The position numbers and the translations under genes are program-made. The notes under the pieces were generated by a model that was not told where the DNA came from, ran no database searches, and saw nothing but the letters and a program-made list of their open reading frames with translations. A stretch of DNA of 64,000 bases, from contig OY969695.1 of assembly GCA_963701965.1 (NCBI GenBank), positions 288,001 through 352,000 on the forward strand, given 5' to 3'. Below, one piece after another: positions 19,784-31,538 of the stretch (its first letter is position 1; each line of letters starts with the position of its first letter). The DNA is from an uncultured Gemmatimonadales bacterium (GTDB taxonomy: Bacteria > Gemmatimonadota > Gemmatimonadetes > Gemmatimonadales > Gemmatimonadaceae).

Positions 19784-22104
19784 ATGAGGTCGCCCACCCG
19801 CCATCTCGTGGCGACGCATTGGGGCACCTACCTCGCCTCCGCAGGCACGGCCTTGGGCGAAGCGCTTCGCCCGTTGCCGGAGGACTCCAACCCTTCGTCG
19901 ATCGGGTTCGATCTTCCAGCGTCGCGACTCGCACCTGCACGCGTGCTGCGCCCGGCGGTTCGCGAGTCGTACCTTCGTTCCGGCCCCGATGCTCCTCGCG
20001 ACGGGCGCGGCGGCGAGCCCTTCGTCGAGGTTTCCTGGGACACCGCGCTTGCCATCGTCGCCGCCGAGCTCGAACGCGTGCGGAGCACGGCGGGCAACGG
20101 CGCTATCTTCGGCGGCTCGTGCGGCTGGGCTAGCGCCGGGCGGTTCCATCATGCGCAGAGCCATGTGCACCGTTTCCTGAACTGCATCGGCGGTTATGTC
20201 CGCTCCGTCGGCAACTACAGCTATGGCGCCGCCGACGTGCTGCTGCCACACGTGATCGGCGACACGCGATCGCTCGCGGTCGGCCAGACAAGCTGGGAAT
20301 CGCTCCGCCGGGGCCGTTCGCTGGTGCTGATGTTCGGCGGCATGCCGGCGAAGAACGGACAGGTAGGCTCCGGCGGCATCGTCCACCACCGCTTGCTCGA
20401 GGAGCTCGCCGCGTGCCGAGAGGCGGGCTGCCGGTTCGTCTGCGTGTCGCCGGTGAGAAGCGACGCGCCGGCCGACATCGACGCGCGATGGATATCGCTG
20501 CGCCCGAACACCGACGTCGCCTTGATGCTAGGGCTCGCCCATGTGCTCGTCGCCGAGTCGCTGTGCGACCAGGCGTTCCTCGATCGATGCACCGTCGGCT
20601 TCGACGTCCTGAAGGCCTACCTTCTTGGCGAATCCGATTCGGTGCCGAAGACGCCGGCGTGGGCCGAGGCGATCACGCAGGTGCCCGCCACCGAGATTCG
20701 GCAGCTGGCGCGCGAGCTCGCCGCGAGCAACGCCTTCGTCATGCTCACCTGGTCGCTGCAGCGCGCCCAGCACGGGGAGCAGACGTACTGGATGGCGATC
20801 GCCCTGGCCTCGATGCTCGGAGGCATCGGCCTGCCGGGCCGCGGCGTCGGCTTCGGTTATGGCTCGATGGGCGGGATGGGCTTCGCGCCGCCGAGCGTGC
20901 CGTGGGCGGCCTTGCCACAGGGCGAGAACCGGGTCGCCGCGATGATCCCAGTGGCGCGCATCGCCGACATGCTGCTCAGCCCGGGCATGCCGTTCGACTT
21001 CGACGGCACGACGAATACACGTATCCAGCGATCGACTGGTCTACTGGGCCGGCGGCAATCCGTTCCATCATCACCAAGACCTCAATCGGCTCCTGCAGGC
21101 ATGGCGCGCGCCGTCGACGATCGTCGTCCACGAGGCTGGTGGAACGCGCATTCGCGCCATGCCGACATTGTGTTGCCAGTCACCACGTTCTTCGAGCGCG
21201 ACGATCTCTGCGGCTCGAGTCGGGCGCGCAGCTCGTCGCCTCGCGGCGCGTGAAAGCGAGCCGCCAGGGCCGATTGCCTCGACGACTTCGCGATCTTCTC
21301 GCGGCTCGCCGTGCGGATGGAGTCGAGCTGCGCCTACACCGAAGGGCGCGATGCTGAGGGCTGGGTTCGCCACCTCTACGAGCGCACCGCTGAGGCGGCG
21401 CGCCGGCAGGGCCACGCGCTGCCCGACTTCCCCACCTTCTGGGAAACCGGTCTCGCCGAGGTGCCACCGCAGCCGGGCTACCTGGAGCACATGCAAGCGT
21501 TCCGCCAAGATCCGCTCGGCCATCCACTTGCCACGCCGTCGGGGCGCATCGAGCTGGCCTCATCGACCATCGAGGCTTCGGCTATGCCGACTGCCCCGGG
21601 CACCCAGCCTGGCTCGAGCCTTCGGAATGGCTCGGCTCGCCGCTGGCCGCGAGCTATCCGCTGCACCTGCTCGCCAACCAGCCCGCCGACAAGCTGCACA
21701 GCCAGTGGGACCACGGCAGCCTGTCCCGAGGCAACAAGATCCGGGAGCGTGCTCGGCTCGGCATGAGTCCGCTCGATGCACAGGGCCGCGGCCTCGCCCA
21801 CGGGGACATGGTCCGCGTCTTCAACGCCCGCGGTTCGATCCTTGCAGGCGTGGCCGTCGACGCCGGCGTGCGCCAGGGGGTGGTGCAGATGTCGACGGGC
21901 GCCTGGTTCGACCCGCTCGTGCCGGGCGTGATCGGTAGCCTCGACAAGCACGGCAATCCGAACGTGCTCACGCCCGACATCGGCACCTCGTCGCTCGCCC
22001 AGGGGCCGAGCCCCAACACCTGCCTGGTGCAGGTTGAACGGTTCGACGGCGAGCTGCCGCCGATCACTTGCTTCCATCCCCCGGAGCTGAAGACGCAGTC
22101 CTAA
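19784..22104 (+). CDS. Mo-bisPGD S/N-oxide reductase, BisC/TorZ-like (copy 1), frameshifted after ~21,000
   Basis: ATHWG, RPAVRESYL, FVEVSWD, GGSCGWASAGRFHHAQS, RPNTDVALM, WSLQRAQHGEQ, TPSGRIEL, GNPNVLTPDIGTSSLAQG. No Tat leader. Confidence 0.88.
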
Positions 22105-22138
22105 GGGCGCCGCGCGCCAGCGTGGGGACTGCGCGGTG

Positions 22139-23803
22139 CTAGGACAAGAGCGGCATTTCTTCCGCCGACGGCAGGGCATGGCGGCGCTGTCCCGGGATCG
22201 CCGCGAGCAATTCGCGCGTGTAGGGATGCTGGGGGTTGCCGAAGATCGCCCGCGCCTCGCCCTGCTCGACCACCACGCCGCGCTGCATCACCAGGATGCG
22301 GTGGCAGAGCCGCGCCGCGACGCGCAGATCGTGGGTGATGAAGACGATGCTCAGGTTCAGGCGCTCGCGGATGTCCTCGAGCAGACTCAGGATCTGAGCC
22401 TGCACCGAGACGTCGAGCGCCGACACTGCCTCGTCAGCGATGAGTAGCTCGGGTTCCATCATCAGCGCCCGCGCGATCGACAGGCGCTGGCGCTGTCCGC
22501 CGGAGAACTCATGCGGATAGCGGTCGAGCGCGACTACGTCGATGCGCACGAGCTCGAGCATCTCGCACATGCGTTGAGGACCGCATCGGGCGGCTCGCCG
22601 AAGTTCGCGGGCCCTCGGCCAGTGCGCGGCGTACGGTGAGGCGCGGGTTGAAGGAGCGGAACGGGTCCTGGAAGACCATCTGCACCTTCTTACAGTTGCG
22701 CTGCCATTCGCTCATCGACATTCGCGCCAGGTCCTCGCCGCCGAGCAGGATCCTCCCGGAGGTCGGCGGCGTGAGCCGCGCCAGGCAGCGGCCGAGCGTC
22801 GTCTTGCCTGATCCCGATTCGCCGACCACACCGAGGGTCTCGCCGCGGGCGAGCTCGAGCGACACGCCTGCGACGGCATGCACGACCCGGCGTCGCGACT
22901 TCAGGATCGCGGCCGTCTCGAAGCGCACGTGCAGGTCGTCGACTACGAGCAGCGGCTCGGGCGCGACCTTGGCGGCGTCGGCGCCGAACGATCCGTTCGG
23001 CACCGAGGCGAGCAGCATCTTCGTGTACTCGTGCTTCGGGTTGCGCAGCACCTCGTCGGCGCTGCCGCTCTCAACGATGCGGCCCGACTGCATCACGACC
23101 ACGCGGTCGGCGATCTCGGCGACGACGTCGAAGTCGTGGGTGATGAAGAGGACGCTCGCGTCATGCCGGCCGCGCAGCTCATGGAGCAGGCGCAGAACCT
23201 GCGCCTGCGAGGTGACGTCGAGGGCGGTGGTCGGCTCGTCGGCGATGAGAGGCGCGGCTCCATCGCGAGCGCCATGGCGATCATGACCCGCTGGCGCTGG
23301 CCGCCCGAAAGCTGGTGCGGATACGAGTGCCGCAGCGTTTCGGGGGAGGGAAGATGCACGTCGGCGAGTAGCGCCAGCACCTTGTCGGCGACCTCGCGCC
23401 GGCCCATCTTTGGCGCGTGGAACTCGAACGCCTCGGCGATCTGGTCGCCCACGCGCATAACAGGATTGAGCGCGGTCATCGGCTCCTGGAAGACCATCGC
23501 CATGCGGTTGCCGCGCAGGTCGCGCAGCTCCTGCAGCGGCGCATGCGTGATGTCCCGGCCGGAGAGCAGGATCTGCCCGCGCTCGAGCGTAAGCACGCCG
23601 GGCGGCAAGAGGCCCATCACCGCGCTCGCGGTGACCGACTTTCCCGAGCCCGATTCGCCGACGATGCACACCGTCTCGCGCGCACCGATCGTCAAGTTGA
23701 CCGCTTCGACGGCGTAGGCGCGGTCGCTACCCTTGGGCAGGCGCACGTGCAGGTCGCGGACCTTGAGGACCGGCGCTGCGGCGGGGTCGTCGGCTGCAGA
23801 CAT
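22139..23803 (-). CDS. Peptide ABC transporter fused ATP-binding protein (system 2), frameshifted
   Basis: [20 protein letters not shown], second [36 protein letters not shown]. Confidence 0.85.
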
Positions 23804-23810
23804 CGTCGGT

Positions 23811-24679
23811 TCAGCCCCGAAGCCTGCGCGCCATGCGCGGATCGAGGCGGTCGCGCAGGGCGTCGCCGAACATGTTGAGCGAGAGAATGAGCAGCGCCAG
23901 GAAGATGCCCGGGGTACAGCACGACCCACGGCGCGCGCTGGAAGAAGGGCCGTCCCTCGGCGATGATGCTGCCGAGGCTCGGGATCTCGGGCGGAAAGCC
24001 GAGGCCGAGGAAGCCGAGCGCCGCCTCGGTGAGGATCCCGCCGCGGCGCAGACGAAGGTCGCCTGAACCACGAGCGGGTTGAGCGTGCTCGGCAGGATGT
24101 GCCGGGGATCGATCACTTTCCACGTCGGCGTTCCCATGCCGACCGAGACCTCGACGAAGGGCGCCTCACGCACCGAGAGCACGACGCTGCGCACCAGGCG
24201 CGCGATCCGCGGAATCTCGGGATGGAGATCGCGACGACCATCGAGGCGATGTTCGCCCCCGCGAGCGCCACTAGCGTCACCGCGAGCAGCAGCCCGGGGA
24301 TCGCCATGATGCCGTCCATGATGCGCATCACGCCGCGATAGGGTCGAGGCGGCGGAAGTACCCCGCGACGAGGCCGATGAGAAGGCCGCAGCACACCGCC
24401 ACCATGCTCACCAGCATGGCGAGGGTGACCGAAAGCCGCCCGCCGTAGAGCACGCGGGCGAGCAGGTCGCGGCCGAGCGAATCGGTGACGTCAGTAGTCA
24501 CCGTGCGCTGGGCGAAGGCGCAGGCGCGGCGTGAGGACCGCCGGATCGTGCTGGACTATGAGCGGCGCACCGATCGAGACGAGGATCAGAAGCGCGAGCA
24601 GGCCGAAGGCGAGCAGCATCGTGCGGTCGCGGGCGACGGTGCGGAAGGCGAGGCGCAGCGGGTGAACGATCGCGGACAC
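23811..24679 (-). CDS. Peptide ABC transporter permease DppC-like (system 2), frameshifted
   Basis: TDSLGRDLLARVLYGGR, MRIMDGIMAIP, ILTEAALGFLGLG, GDALRDRLDPR. Confidence 0.8.
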
Positions 24680-24687
24680 TCGTCGCT

Positions 24688-25629
24688 TCAGTAGCGGATC
24701 CGTGGGTCGAGCAGCACGTAGGCGATGTCGACCAGCAGGTTGACGAAGATGTAGGTGAACGAGAAGAAGAGGATCGTTCCCTGCACCACGGGATAGTCGC
24801 GGGCGAGCACCGAGTCGACGATCATCCGGCCGACGCCGGCGATGTTGAACACCGTCTCGGTCACGACCACGCCACTGATGAGCGCGGTGATGCCGACGCC
24901 GACAATGGTGACGATGGGCACCGCCGCGTTGCGCAGCGCATGGCGGAAAAGGACCACGCCCTCGGGCGCGCCCTTCGCGCGCGCGGTGCGCACGAAGTCC
25001 TCGCCGAGGATGTCGAGCATGCTCGCGCGAGTGATGCGCGAGATCAGCGCGATGTACACCGTCGCCAGCGCGAGCGTTGGCAGCACCAGATGGCGCAGGT
25101 ATTCGCCGAGGCCCCGGTCCAGCGATGCGTAGCCCTGCACTGGCAGCCAGTTGAGTTTCACCGCGAAGGCGTAGATGAGGAGGTAGCCGATCACGAAGGA
25201 GGGCACCGAGAAGCCGAGCACCGAGCCCGCGCGGATGCCGCGGTCGATCCAGCCGCCGTGCCGCCACGAGGCGAGCACGCCGAGTGGCACCGCCACGAGG
25301 ATGGTGACGAGGATCGCGGACGCCGCGAGCGAGAGCGTCGGCGGCAGGCGCGCGGCGATGAGCTCAGTGACGGGCTTCTTCGAGATTACCGAGTGGCCGA
25401 GGTCACCGGTGAGGACCGCACTCATCCAGCGCACGTATTGCGTGGTGATCGGCTTGTCGAGGCCCATGTCCTTGCGGATCGCCTCGACCTGCTCCGCGGT
25501 CGCGAGGTCGCCGGCGATCACGTGCGCCGGATCGCCCGGCGCGAAGCGCAGCAGCAGGAACACCACGGTCGCCACCACGACCATGATCGGAACGATCGCA
25601 ACCAGGCGCTGCAGGAGGAGACGGAGCAC
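24688..25629 (-). CDS. Peptide ABC transporter permease DppB-like (system 2)
   Basis: FAPGDPA, GLDKP, GDLGHS, EDFVRTARAKG, RHALRNA, LDPRIRY. Confidence 0.93.
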   Translation of the reverse strand: MLRLLLQRLVAIVPIMVVVATVVFLLLRFAPGDPAHVIAGDLATAEQVEAIRKDMGLDKPITTQYVRWMSAVLTGDLGHSVISKKPVTELIAARLPPTLSLAASAILVTILVAVPLGVLASWRHGGWIDRGIRAGSVLGFSVPSFVIGYLLIYAFAVKLNWLPVQGYASLDRGLGEYLRHLVLPTLALATVYIALISRITRASMLDILGEDFVRTARAKGAPEGVVLFRHALRNAAVPIVTIVGVGITALISGVVVTETVFNIAGVGRMIVDSVLARDYPVVQGTILFFSFTYIFVNLLVDIAYVLLDPRIRY

Positions 25630-25653
25630 GGGCCGGACCGTCCCGCCAGTACG

Positions 25654-27249
25654 TCAGCGCTTCGCCTGCCAGAACAGCGGCAGTGGCGCCTCGACCATGT
25701 TCGCCATCTTGCCGTCGTAGCCCTTGAACTTGGAGAAGCCGCCGAGCGGCACGTAGAAGACCTGATCGTAGTTGAGCTTCTGGATCTCCTTGACGATCGC
25801 CATCTTCTTGGCCCGGTCCGCCTCGACCGCGAACTGATCGCGAAGGCTTTCCATCTGCTCGCTCTTCGACCAGCCGACGTAGCCGATCTCGCCGCGCGCG
25901 TCGAGGTTCGGGTTGATCACCGGGCTCAGCAGGTCGAGCGCGCTCCATTGCGAATGGATCAGGCTCCAGCCGCCCTGCGCGACCGGATCCTTTTTGGTCC
26001 GGCGCGCCTGCATCGTGCTGTAGTCCATCGACTGCACCTCGACGTTCATGCCGATACTGCGCAGCGCCTGGCTCGTGACCGAGGCCATGCTGCCCAGCAC
26101 CTGGATGTCGGTCGGATGCAAGATGACGACCTTCTCGCCCTTGTAGCTGCTCTCCGCGAGCATCGCCTTCGCCTTGGCGAGGTCGGGCGCCTTGAGCTGG
26201 GGCGCGAACTCGTCGGTCGCGTACGGCGAGGCGCACGACAGCACGGCGCCGCACGGCTGATAGACCTTCGGGTCGCCGAACTGCGCCTGCAGGTAGTCGA
26301 CCTGGTTCAGCGCGGCGAGCGCGGCGCGCCGCACCTTGACGTCGTTGAACGGCGGCTGCAGCCAGTTCATCTTGAGCGTGAACATGTCGGTGTGCTTGCC
26401 GAACGACTTCACCGTGATGCCCTTGACGCCCTCGAGCTGCGACATCAAGTCGGGCTGCACGTCCTCGACGAAGTCCACCTCGCCGGCGCGCAGAGCCTGC
26501 ACCGCGGTCTGCACGTCGGGGATCGAGATGACCTCGATGCGGTCGGCCATCGCGATCTTGCCGCCCGCGAAGGCGCTCGCCGGCTCCTTGCGCGGCACGT
26601 AGTCGGTGTTCTTCAGGTAGGTGGCCTTGACGCCGGGCTGGAAGTCGGCGGCGACGAACTTGTACGGACCCGAGCCGACCGCCTCCGTGATCGCCTGCGA
26701 TGCCGGCACCGAAGCGATCCGCTTGGGCATGATGAAGGGCACAGGCGAGCCCTGCTTGGCGAGCGTTTCGATCGTCAGGCCGTAGGGGCGCTTGAGCTTG
26801 AAGATGAAGGTCGAGGGCGCGGGCGAGGTCAGGCTCTCGGTCGACGCCATCAGCCGCGCGCCCATCTGGTCGCGCTCGCTCCAGCGGCGCAGCGATGCGA
26901 TCACGTCCTCGCCGGTAACCGGCGTGCCGTCGTGGAACTTGAGGCCGGGGCGTAGCTGGAAGGTATAGATGAGCTTGTCGGGCGAGACGGTGAAGGTGTC
27001 GACCATCTGCGGCTGCGGGTTGGACTTGTCGTCCATCGCGAACAGCGTGTCGTAGACGAGATAGCCGTGGTTGCGCGTGCTGTACGCGGGCGTCAGCACC
27101 GGGTCGAGGATCTTCAGCTGCGTCTGCAGCACGACCTTGATCGTTCCCGTGCCGCCCTGGGCCGAGGTCGTGGGGGCGAGGGCGACTCCGGCCGCGAGCG
27201 TCGCGGCGGCCACGAGAGCGCGGAGAGGGGGGCGCGGGAAGAGGGTCAT
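25654..27249 (-). CDS. Peptide ABC transporter substrate-binding protein (system 2)
   Basis: Signal peptide, LDPVLTPAYSTRNHGYLVYDTLF, LRPGLKFHDG, GSGPYKF, PPFNDVKVRRA. Confidence 0.93.
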   Translation of the reverse strand: MTLFPRPPLRALVAAATLAAGVALAPTTSAQGGTGTIKVVLQTQLKILDPVLTPAYSTRNHGYLVYDTLFAMDDKSNPQPQMVDTFTVSPDKLIYTFQLRPGLKFHDGTPVTGEDVIASLRRWSERDQMGARLMASTESLTSPAPSTFIFKLKRPYGLTIETLAKQGSPVPFIMPKRIASVPASQAITEAVGSGPYKFVAADFQPGVKATYLKNTDYVPRKEPASAFAGGKIAMADRIEVISIPDVQTAVQALRAGEVDFVEDVQPDLMSQLEGVKGITVKSFGKHTDMFTLKMNWLQPPFNDVKVRRAALAALNQVDYLQAQFGDPKVYQPCGAVLSCASPYATDEFAPQLKAPDLAKAKAMLAESSYKGEKVVILHPTDIQVLGSMASVTSQALRSIGMNVEVQSMDYSTMQARRTKKDPVAQGGWSLIHSQWSALDLLSPVINPNLDARGEIGYVGWSKSEQMESLRDQFAVEADRAKKMAIVKEIQKLNYDQVFYVPLGGFSKFKGYDGKMANMVEAPLPLFWQAKR

Positions 27250-27252
27250 CGT

Positions 27253-27310
27253 GTTCCCTGAAATGGAAAGGTGATTCCGAAGTCTGGCATTCGAATTTGC
27301 GCAATGTCAA
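27253..27310 (-). promoter_or_regulatory. Sigma70-like promoter plus tandem IclR-type operators for ABC system 2
   Basis: TTGACA(27310-05)-N18-CAGACT. Boxes GTTCCC-TGAAA-TGGAAA (27253-69) and ATTCCG-AAGTC-TGGCAT (27274-90). Confidence 0.6.
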
Positions 27311-27377
27311 ACGGGCGAGTACGGATGCGGTCTTCGTCCGGGCCGGGCTGCTGCAAGATCAGGGCCAGCCGGAGGCG

Positions 27378-27441
27378 TTGACAAGGCGGCAGGGTCCTCC
27401 TAGACTTCAAAATATGGACCGCATGTTCCGATTTATGGAAC
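27378..27441 (+). promoter_or_regulatory. Sigma70 promoter plus tandem IclR-type operators for the CoA-transferase operon
   Basis: TTGACA(27378)-N17-TAGACT(27401). Boxes ACTTCA-AAATA-TGGACC (27404-20) and GTTCCG-ATTTA-TGGAAC (27425-41). Confidence 0.7.
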
Positions 27442-27451
27442 AGAAAGAGAC

Positions 27452-28634
27452 ATGAACGACCCCGCGTCGATCGCCCTTCCCCTCGCCGGCGTGCGGGTGA
27501 TCGAGTTCTGCTCGGTCGCCGCGGGACCCTTCTGCGGCATGCTGCTCGCCGACATGGGCGCCGACGTACTGAAGATCGAGCCGCCCTCGGGCGACGCGCT
27601 GCGCACCTGGCCGCCGATCAACGACGGCTTCAGCGAGAACTTCGCGTCGATCAACCGCAACAAGCGCTCGGCGGTCCTCGACCTCAAGCTGCCGGAGCAT
27701 GCCGAGGCGGCGCGCAGGCTCTGCGCAGACGCCGACGTGGTGATCGAGAACAACCGGCCCGGCGTGATGGACCGGCTCGGCCTCGGCTACGAGCGGCTCT
27801 CGGGCGCGAACCCGAAGCTCGTCTACTGCTCGATCTCGGCCTTCGGCCAGAGCGGGCCGCGCGCCGCCGAGGGCGGCTTCGACTTGACGATCCAGGCCGC
27901 CGCGGGCGTGATGAGCGTCACCGGCGAGTCCGACGACGTGCCGGTGAAGTGCGGCGTGCCGTTGTCGGATTTCGCCTCGGGCTTATACGGCGCGTTTTCG
28001 ATCGCGAGCGCGCTCCTCGCGGCGCGCGGCACGGGTGCCGGCGCGTGGCTCGACATCCCGATGTTCGGCTGCACGCTCGCGATCAGCGCGCTGCAGACGA
28101 GCGAGTACTTCGGCACCGGCCAGAGCCCGAAGAAGCTCGGCTCGGCGCATCCGCGAAACGCTCCGTACCAGGCGTTCCGCGCCGCGGACGGCTACTTCGT
28201 CGATCGCCGCGGGCAACGACGGTCTGTGGCGGGCCGTGCTGCGCGCGGTCGACAACGAACTGCTCGCCGACGATCCGCGCTTCCTTACGCCGACGCTGCG
28301 CGCGAAGAACCAGGTCGCGCTTAAGGAGATCCTCGAGCTGCGCTTCGTCGAGCGCGACGTCGCGCACTGGATCGAGACCTTCCGCGCCGCGGGCGTGCCG
28401 CATTCGCGGATCAACACCTACGCCGAGGCGCTCGCCGATCCGCAGGTCGAGGCGATGGGCTGGGTGCAGGAGATCGAGCTGCCGTCGGGCGCTCGCACGC
28501 GCACCTTCGCGTCGCCGATCCGCATCAACGGCAAGAACCTGCCGATCTTGCAGCGCCCGCCGGCGCTCGGCGAGCACTCCGACGACGTGTTGCGGCAGGC
28601 GGTCCGCGAGGCGGATTCGATCCTGCAGCCCTGA
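27452..28634 (+). CDS. CoA-transferase family III (CaiB/BaiF), one frameshift near 28,200
   Basis: PLAGVRVIE, AGPFCGMLLADMGADVLKIEP, NRNKRS, ENNRPG, VPLSDFASG (catalytic Asp), PPALGEHS. Confidence 0.92.
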
Positions 28635-28654
28635 ACTTCCGGAAGGATGGCTCC

Positions 28655-29212
28655 ATGCGCAGCGACCCCTTGGCCGATTTCGTTCAGCGTCTCGAGGGGA
28701 TAGTCTCGCGGGACGCGCGCAGCGAGGACGCCGTCCTCGGCGAGGTGCGCGAGGCGATGCGGGCGCTGGTCGCGATGGACGACTGGCTGCCCGAGCCGTT
28801 CACCCGGCCCGACGCGGAGCGCTACCGGCAGTATCTGCTCCATGCCGACCCGGACGACCGCTTCTGCGTCGTCAGCTTCGTCTGGGGCCCGGGCCAGCAC
28901 ACGCCGATCCACGACCACTGCGCCTGGGGTGTGATCGGCATGCTGCGCGGCGCCGAGGTGACGACGTCGTTCAGCGAGTCGGCGTCGGGGATGCAGCAGG
29001 GCGAGGAGCTGACCCTTCGGCCCGGCGACGTTGCGGTGGTCGGGCCGAGCGTCGGCGACATCCACAAGGTGCGCAACGCCTACGCCGACCGCGTCTCGAT
29101 CAGCATCCACGCCTACGGCACGAACATCGGCAAGCAGGTCCGCCACGTCTTCGACGTGCAGTCGGGCGCACGCAAGGACTTCGTCTCCGGCTACTCGAAC
29201 GCCGCCGCATGA
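28655..29212 (+). CDS. Gln-type thiol dioxygenase (3-mercaptopropionate dioxygenase-like)
   Basis: YRQYLL (Gln-type), FVWGPGQHTPIHDH, GDIH, SIHAY triad, conserved Arg in NIGKQVRHVF. Closely matches the 3-MDO pattern. Confidence 0.88.
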   Translation: MRSDPLADFVQRLEGIVSRDARSEDAVLGEVREAMRALVAMDDWLPEPFTRPDAERYRQYLLHADPDDRFCVVSFVWGPGQHTPIHDHCAWGVIGMLRGAEVTTSFSESASGMQQGEELTLRPGDVAVVGPSVGDIHKVRNAYADRVSISIHAYGTNIGKQVRHVFDVQSGARKDFVSGYSNAAA

Positions 29213-29976
29213 CGACGCCCGAGCTCGCGGTCGGCTGGAGCGACGACGGCGTCTGTACCGCCACGCTCAACCGTCCCGGCGCCGGCAACGCGCTCTCGGC
29301 CGGGCTCGTCGCCGCGCTCGGCTCCGTCGTCGACGCGGCGGCCGGGCGGCAGGCGCGCCTGCTCGTGCTGCGCGGCGAGGGTCGCCACTTCTGCACCGGC
29401 TTCGATCTTTCGCAGGTCGACGACGAGAGCGACGACTCGCTGCTCGCCCGCTTCTGCCGCGTCGAGATGATGCTGCAGAAGGTGCATCGCGCCCCTTTCC
29501 CGACACTCGCGCTCGCGCACGGCCGCACGATTGGCGCGGGCGCCGACCTGTTCGCCGCGTGCACGCACCGCCTCGCCGCCCCGGGGACGCAGTTCGCGTT
29601 TCCCGGCGCGTCGGGCTTCGGCCTCGTCCTCGGCACGCGCCGCCTGGTGCAGCGCGTCGGCGCCGAACGCGCGCGGCGCTGGGTCGAGCCGGGCGCAACG
29701 ATCGGCTTCGACGAGGCGCTCACGGCGGGCCTCGCCACCGGCGCGCTTGCCGACGCGTCGGGCGCCGCAGACATCGTCCGCTGCCTCGGCGCTGACACGT
29801 CGGGCGCCGCCAACCCCTTCCTCGGCTCGGCGCTCGACGCCGCCGATCCGGTTCATGATCACGCCGACCTCGCAGTGCTCGTCCGCTCGGCGGCCGTGCC
29901 CGGGCTGAAGGCGCGGATCGCCGCGTACGTCGAGCGCGGCAGGCAGCAGCGTCATTCCACTTCTTCACCTTCGTAG
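29209..29976 (+). CDS. Crotonase/enoyl-CoA hydratase-superfamily protein, non-canonical active site
   Basis: [43 protein letters not shown] overlap with the dioxygenase. Confidence 0.85.
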   Translation: MTTPELAVGWSDDGVCTATLNRPGAGNALSAGLVAALGSVVDAAAGRQARLLVLRGEGRHFCTGFDLSQVDDESDDSLLARFCRVEMMLQKVHRAPFPTLALAHGRTIGAGADLFAACTHRLAAPGTQFAFPGASGFGLVLGTRRLVQRVGAERARRWVEPGATIGFDEALTAGLATGALADASGAADIVRCLGADTSGAANPFLGSALDAADPVHDHADLAVLVRSAAVPGLKARIAAYVERGRQQRHSTSSPS

Positions 29977-29984
29977 AGATCGCC

Positions 29985-31531
29985 ATGGCTTCGCAAACTT
30001 CCCTGAAAGACGACACCTTCACCCTGCTCGCGCGCCTCGGCGTGAGCGCGGGTCAACTCGAAGACGGCAGCCTCGCCGCAACGACGCCCATCACCGGCGA
30101 GACGATCGCCCGGCTGCCGGAGATGTCCGCCGCCGACGCGACCGCGCGCGATCGGCGCCGCGCACGCAGGCGTTCCTCGAGCCTGGCGCAAGGTCCCGGC
30201 GCCGCGCCGCGGCGAGCTGGTCCGCCTGCTCGGCGAGGAGCTGCGCGCCGCGAAGGCCGATCTCGGCCGCGCTGGTCACGCTCGAGGCCGGCAAGATCGT
30301 CTCCGAGGGCCTCGGCGAGGTGCAGGAGATGATCGACATCTGCGACTTCGCCGTCGGCCTGTCGCGCCAGCTCTACGGCCTGACGATCGCCACCGAGCGG
30401 CCGGACCACCGCATGATGGAGACCTGGCATCCGCTCGGCGTGGTCGGCGTCATCTCGCGCCTTCAACTTCCCGGTCGCGGTCTGGGCGTGGAACGCGGCG
30501 CTGGCGCTGGTCTGCGGCGACACCGTGGTCTGGAAGCCGTCGGAGAAGACGCCGCTGACCGCGCTCGCCGTGCCAGGCGCTGTTCGAGCGCGCGGCGGCG
30601 CAGCTTCGGCGACGCGCCGACGGGCCTCTCGGCCCTGCTGATCGGCGGCCGCGACGTCGGCGAGGCGCTGGTCGACGCATCCGCGGTCGCCGCTGGTCTC
30701 GGCGACCGGCTCGACCGCGATGGGCCGCGCGGTCGGCGCCGCGCGCTCGCCGCAGCGCTTCGCCCGCTCGCTCCTCGAGCTCGGCGGCAACAACGCCGCG
30801 ATCGTCTGCCCGTCGGCCGACCTCGACCTGGCGCTGCGCGGCGTCGCCTTCGCCGCCATGGGCACCGCCGGCCAGCGCTGCACGACGCTGCGCCGCCTGT
30901 TCGTCCACGAGAGCGTCTACGACGAGCTTCTGCCGCGCGCTGAAGCGACGCCTATCGGCACGTGCAGGTCGGCGATCCGCGCGAGGCCGGCACGCTGGTC
31001 GGCCCGCTGATCGACGAAGGGCGCCTTCGACGCGATGCAGCGCGCGCTGGACGCAGGCGAAGGGCGCCGGCGGCCACGGTCACCGGCGGCGAGCGCGTCG
31101 CCGCCGACGGTGCCGCCGACGCCTTCTACGTCCGCCCGGCGCTGGTCGAGATGCCGGCGCAGGCCGAGGTCGTGCAGCGCGAGACCTTCGCGCCGATCCT
31201 CTACGTCATGCGCTACTCGCGACCTCGACGAGGCGATCGCGCCTGCACAACGACGTGCCGCAGGGCCTGTCGTCGTCGATCTTCACCAACGACCTGCGCG
31301 AGGCCGAGCTCTTCCTCTCGGCGCGCGGCTCCGACTGCGGCATCGCCAACGTCAACATCGGCCCCTCGGGCGCCGAGATCGGCGGCGCGTTCGGCGGCGA
31401 GAAGGAGACCGGCGGCGGCCGCGAGTCGGGCTCCGACAGCTGGAAGGCCTACATGCGCCGCGCCACCAACACGATCAACTACGGCCGCGACGCTGCCGCT
31501 GGCCCAGGGCGTCAAGTTCGACGTCGACTAA
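29985..31531 (+). CDS. Aldehyde dehydrogenase, ALDH7/AmaB (piperideine-6-carboxylate dehydrogenase-like), many 1-nt insertions
   Basis: [93 protein letters not shown]. Confidence 0.9.
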
Positions 31532-31538
31532 GCGGGCG

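Noticed and set aside
27284..27301. Sigma54-like TGGCA...TTGC
   Set aside because: GG-to-GC spacing is 11 rather than 10, and the sequence is already explained by the operator and -10 on the other strand.
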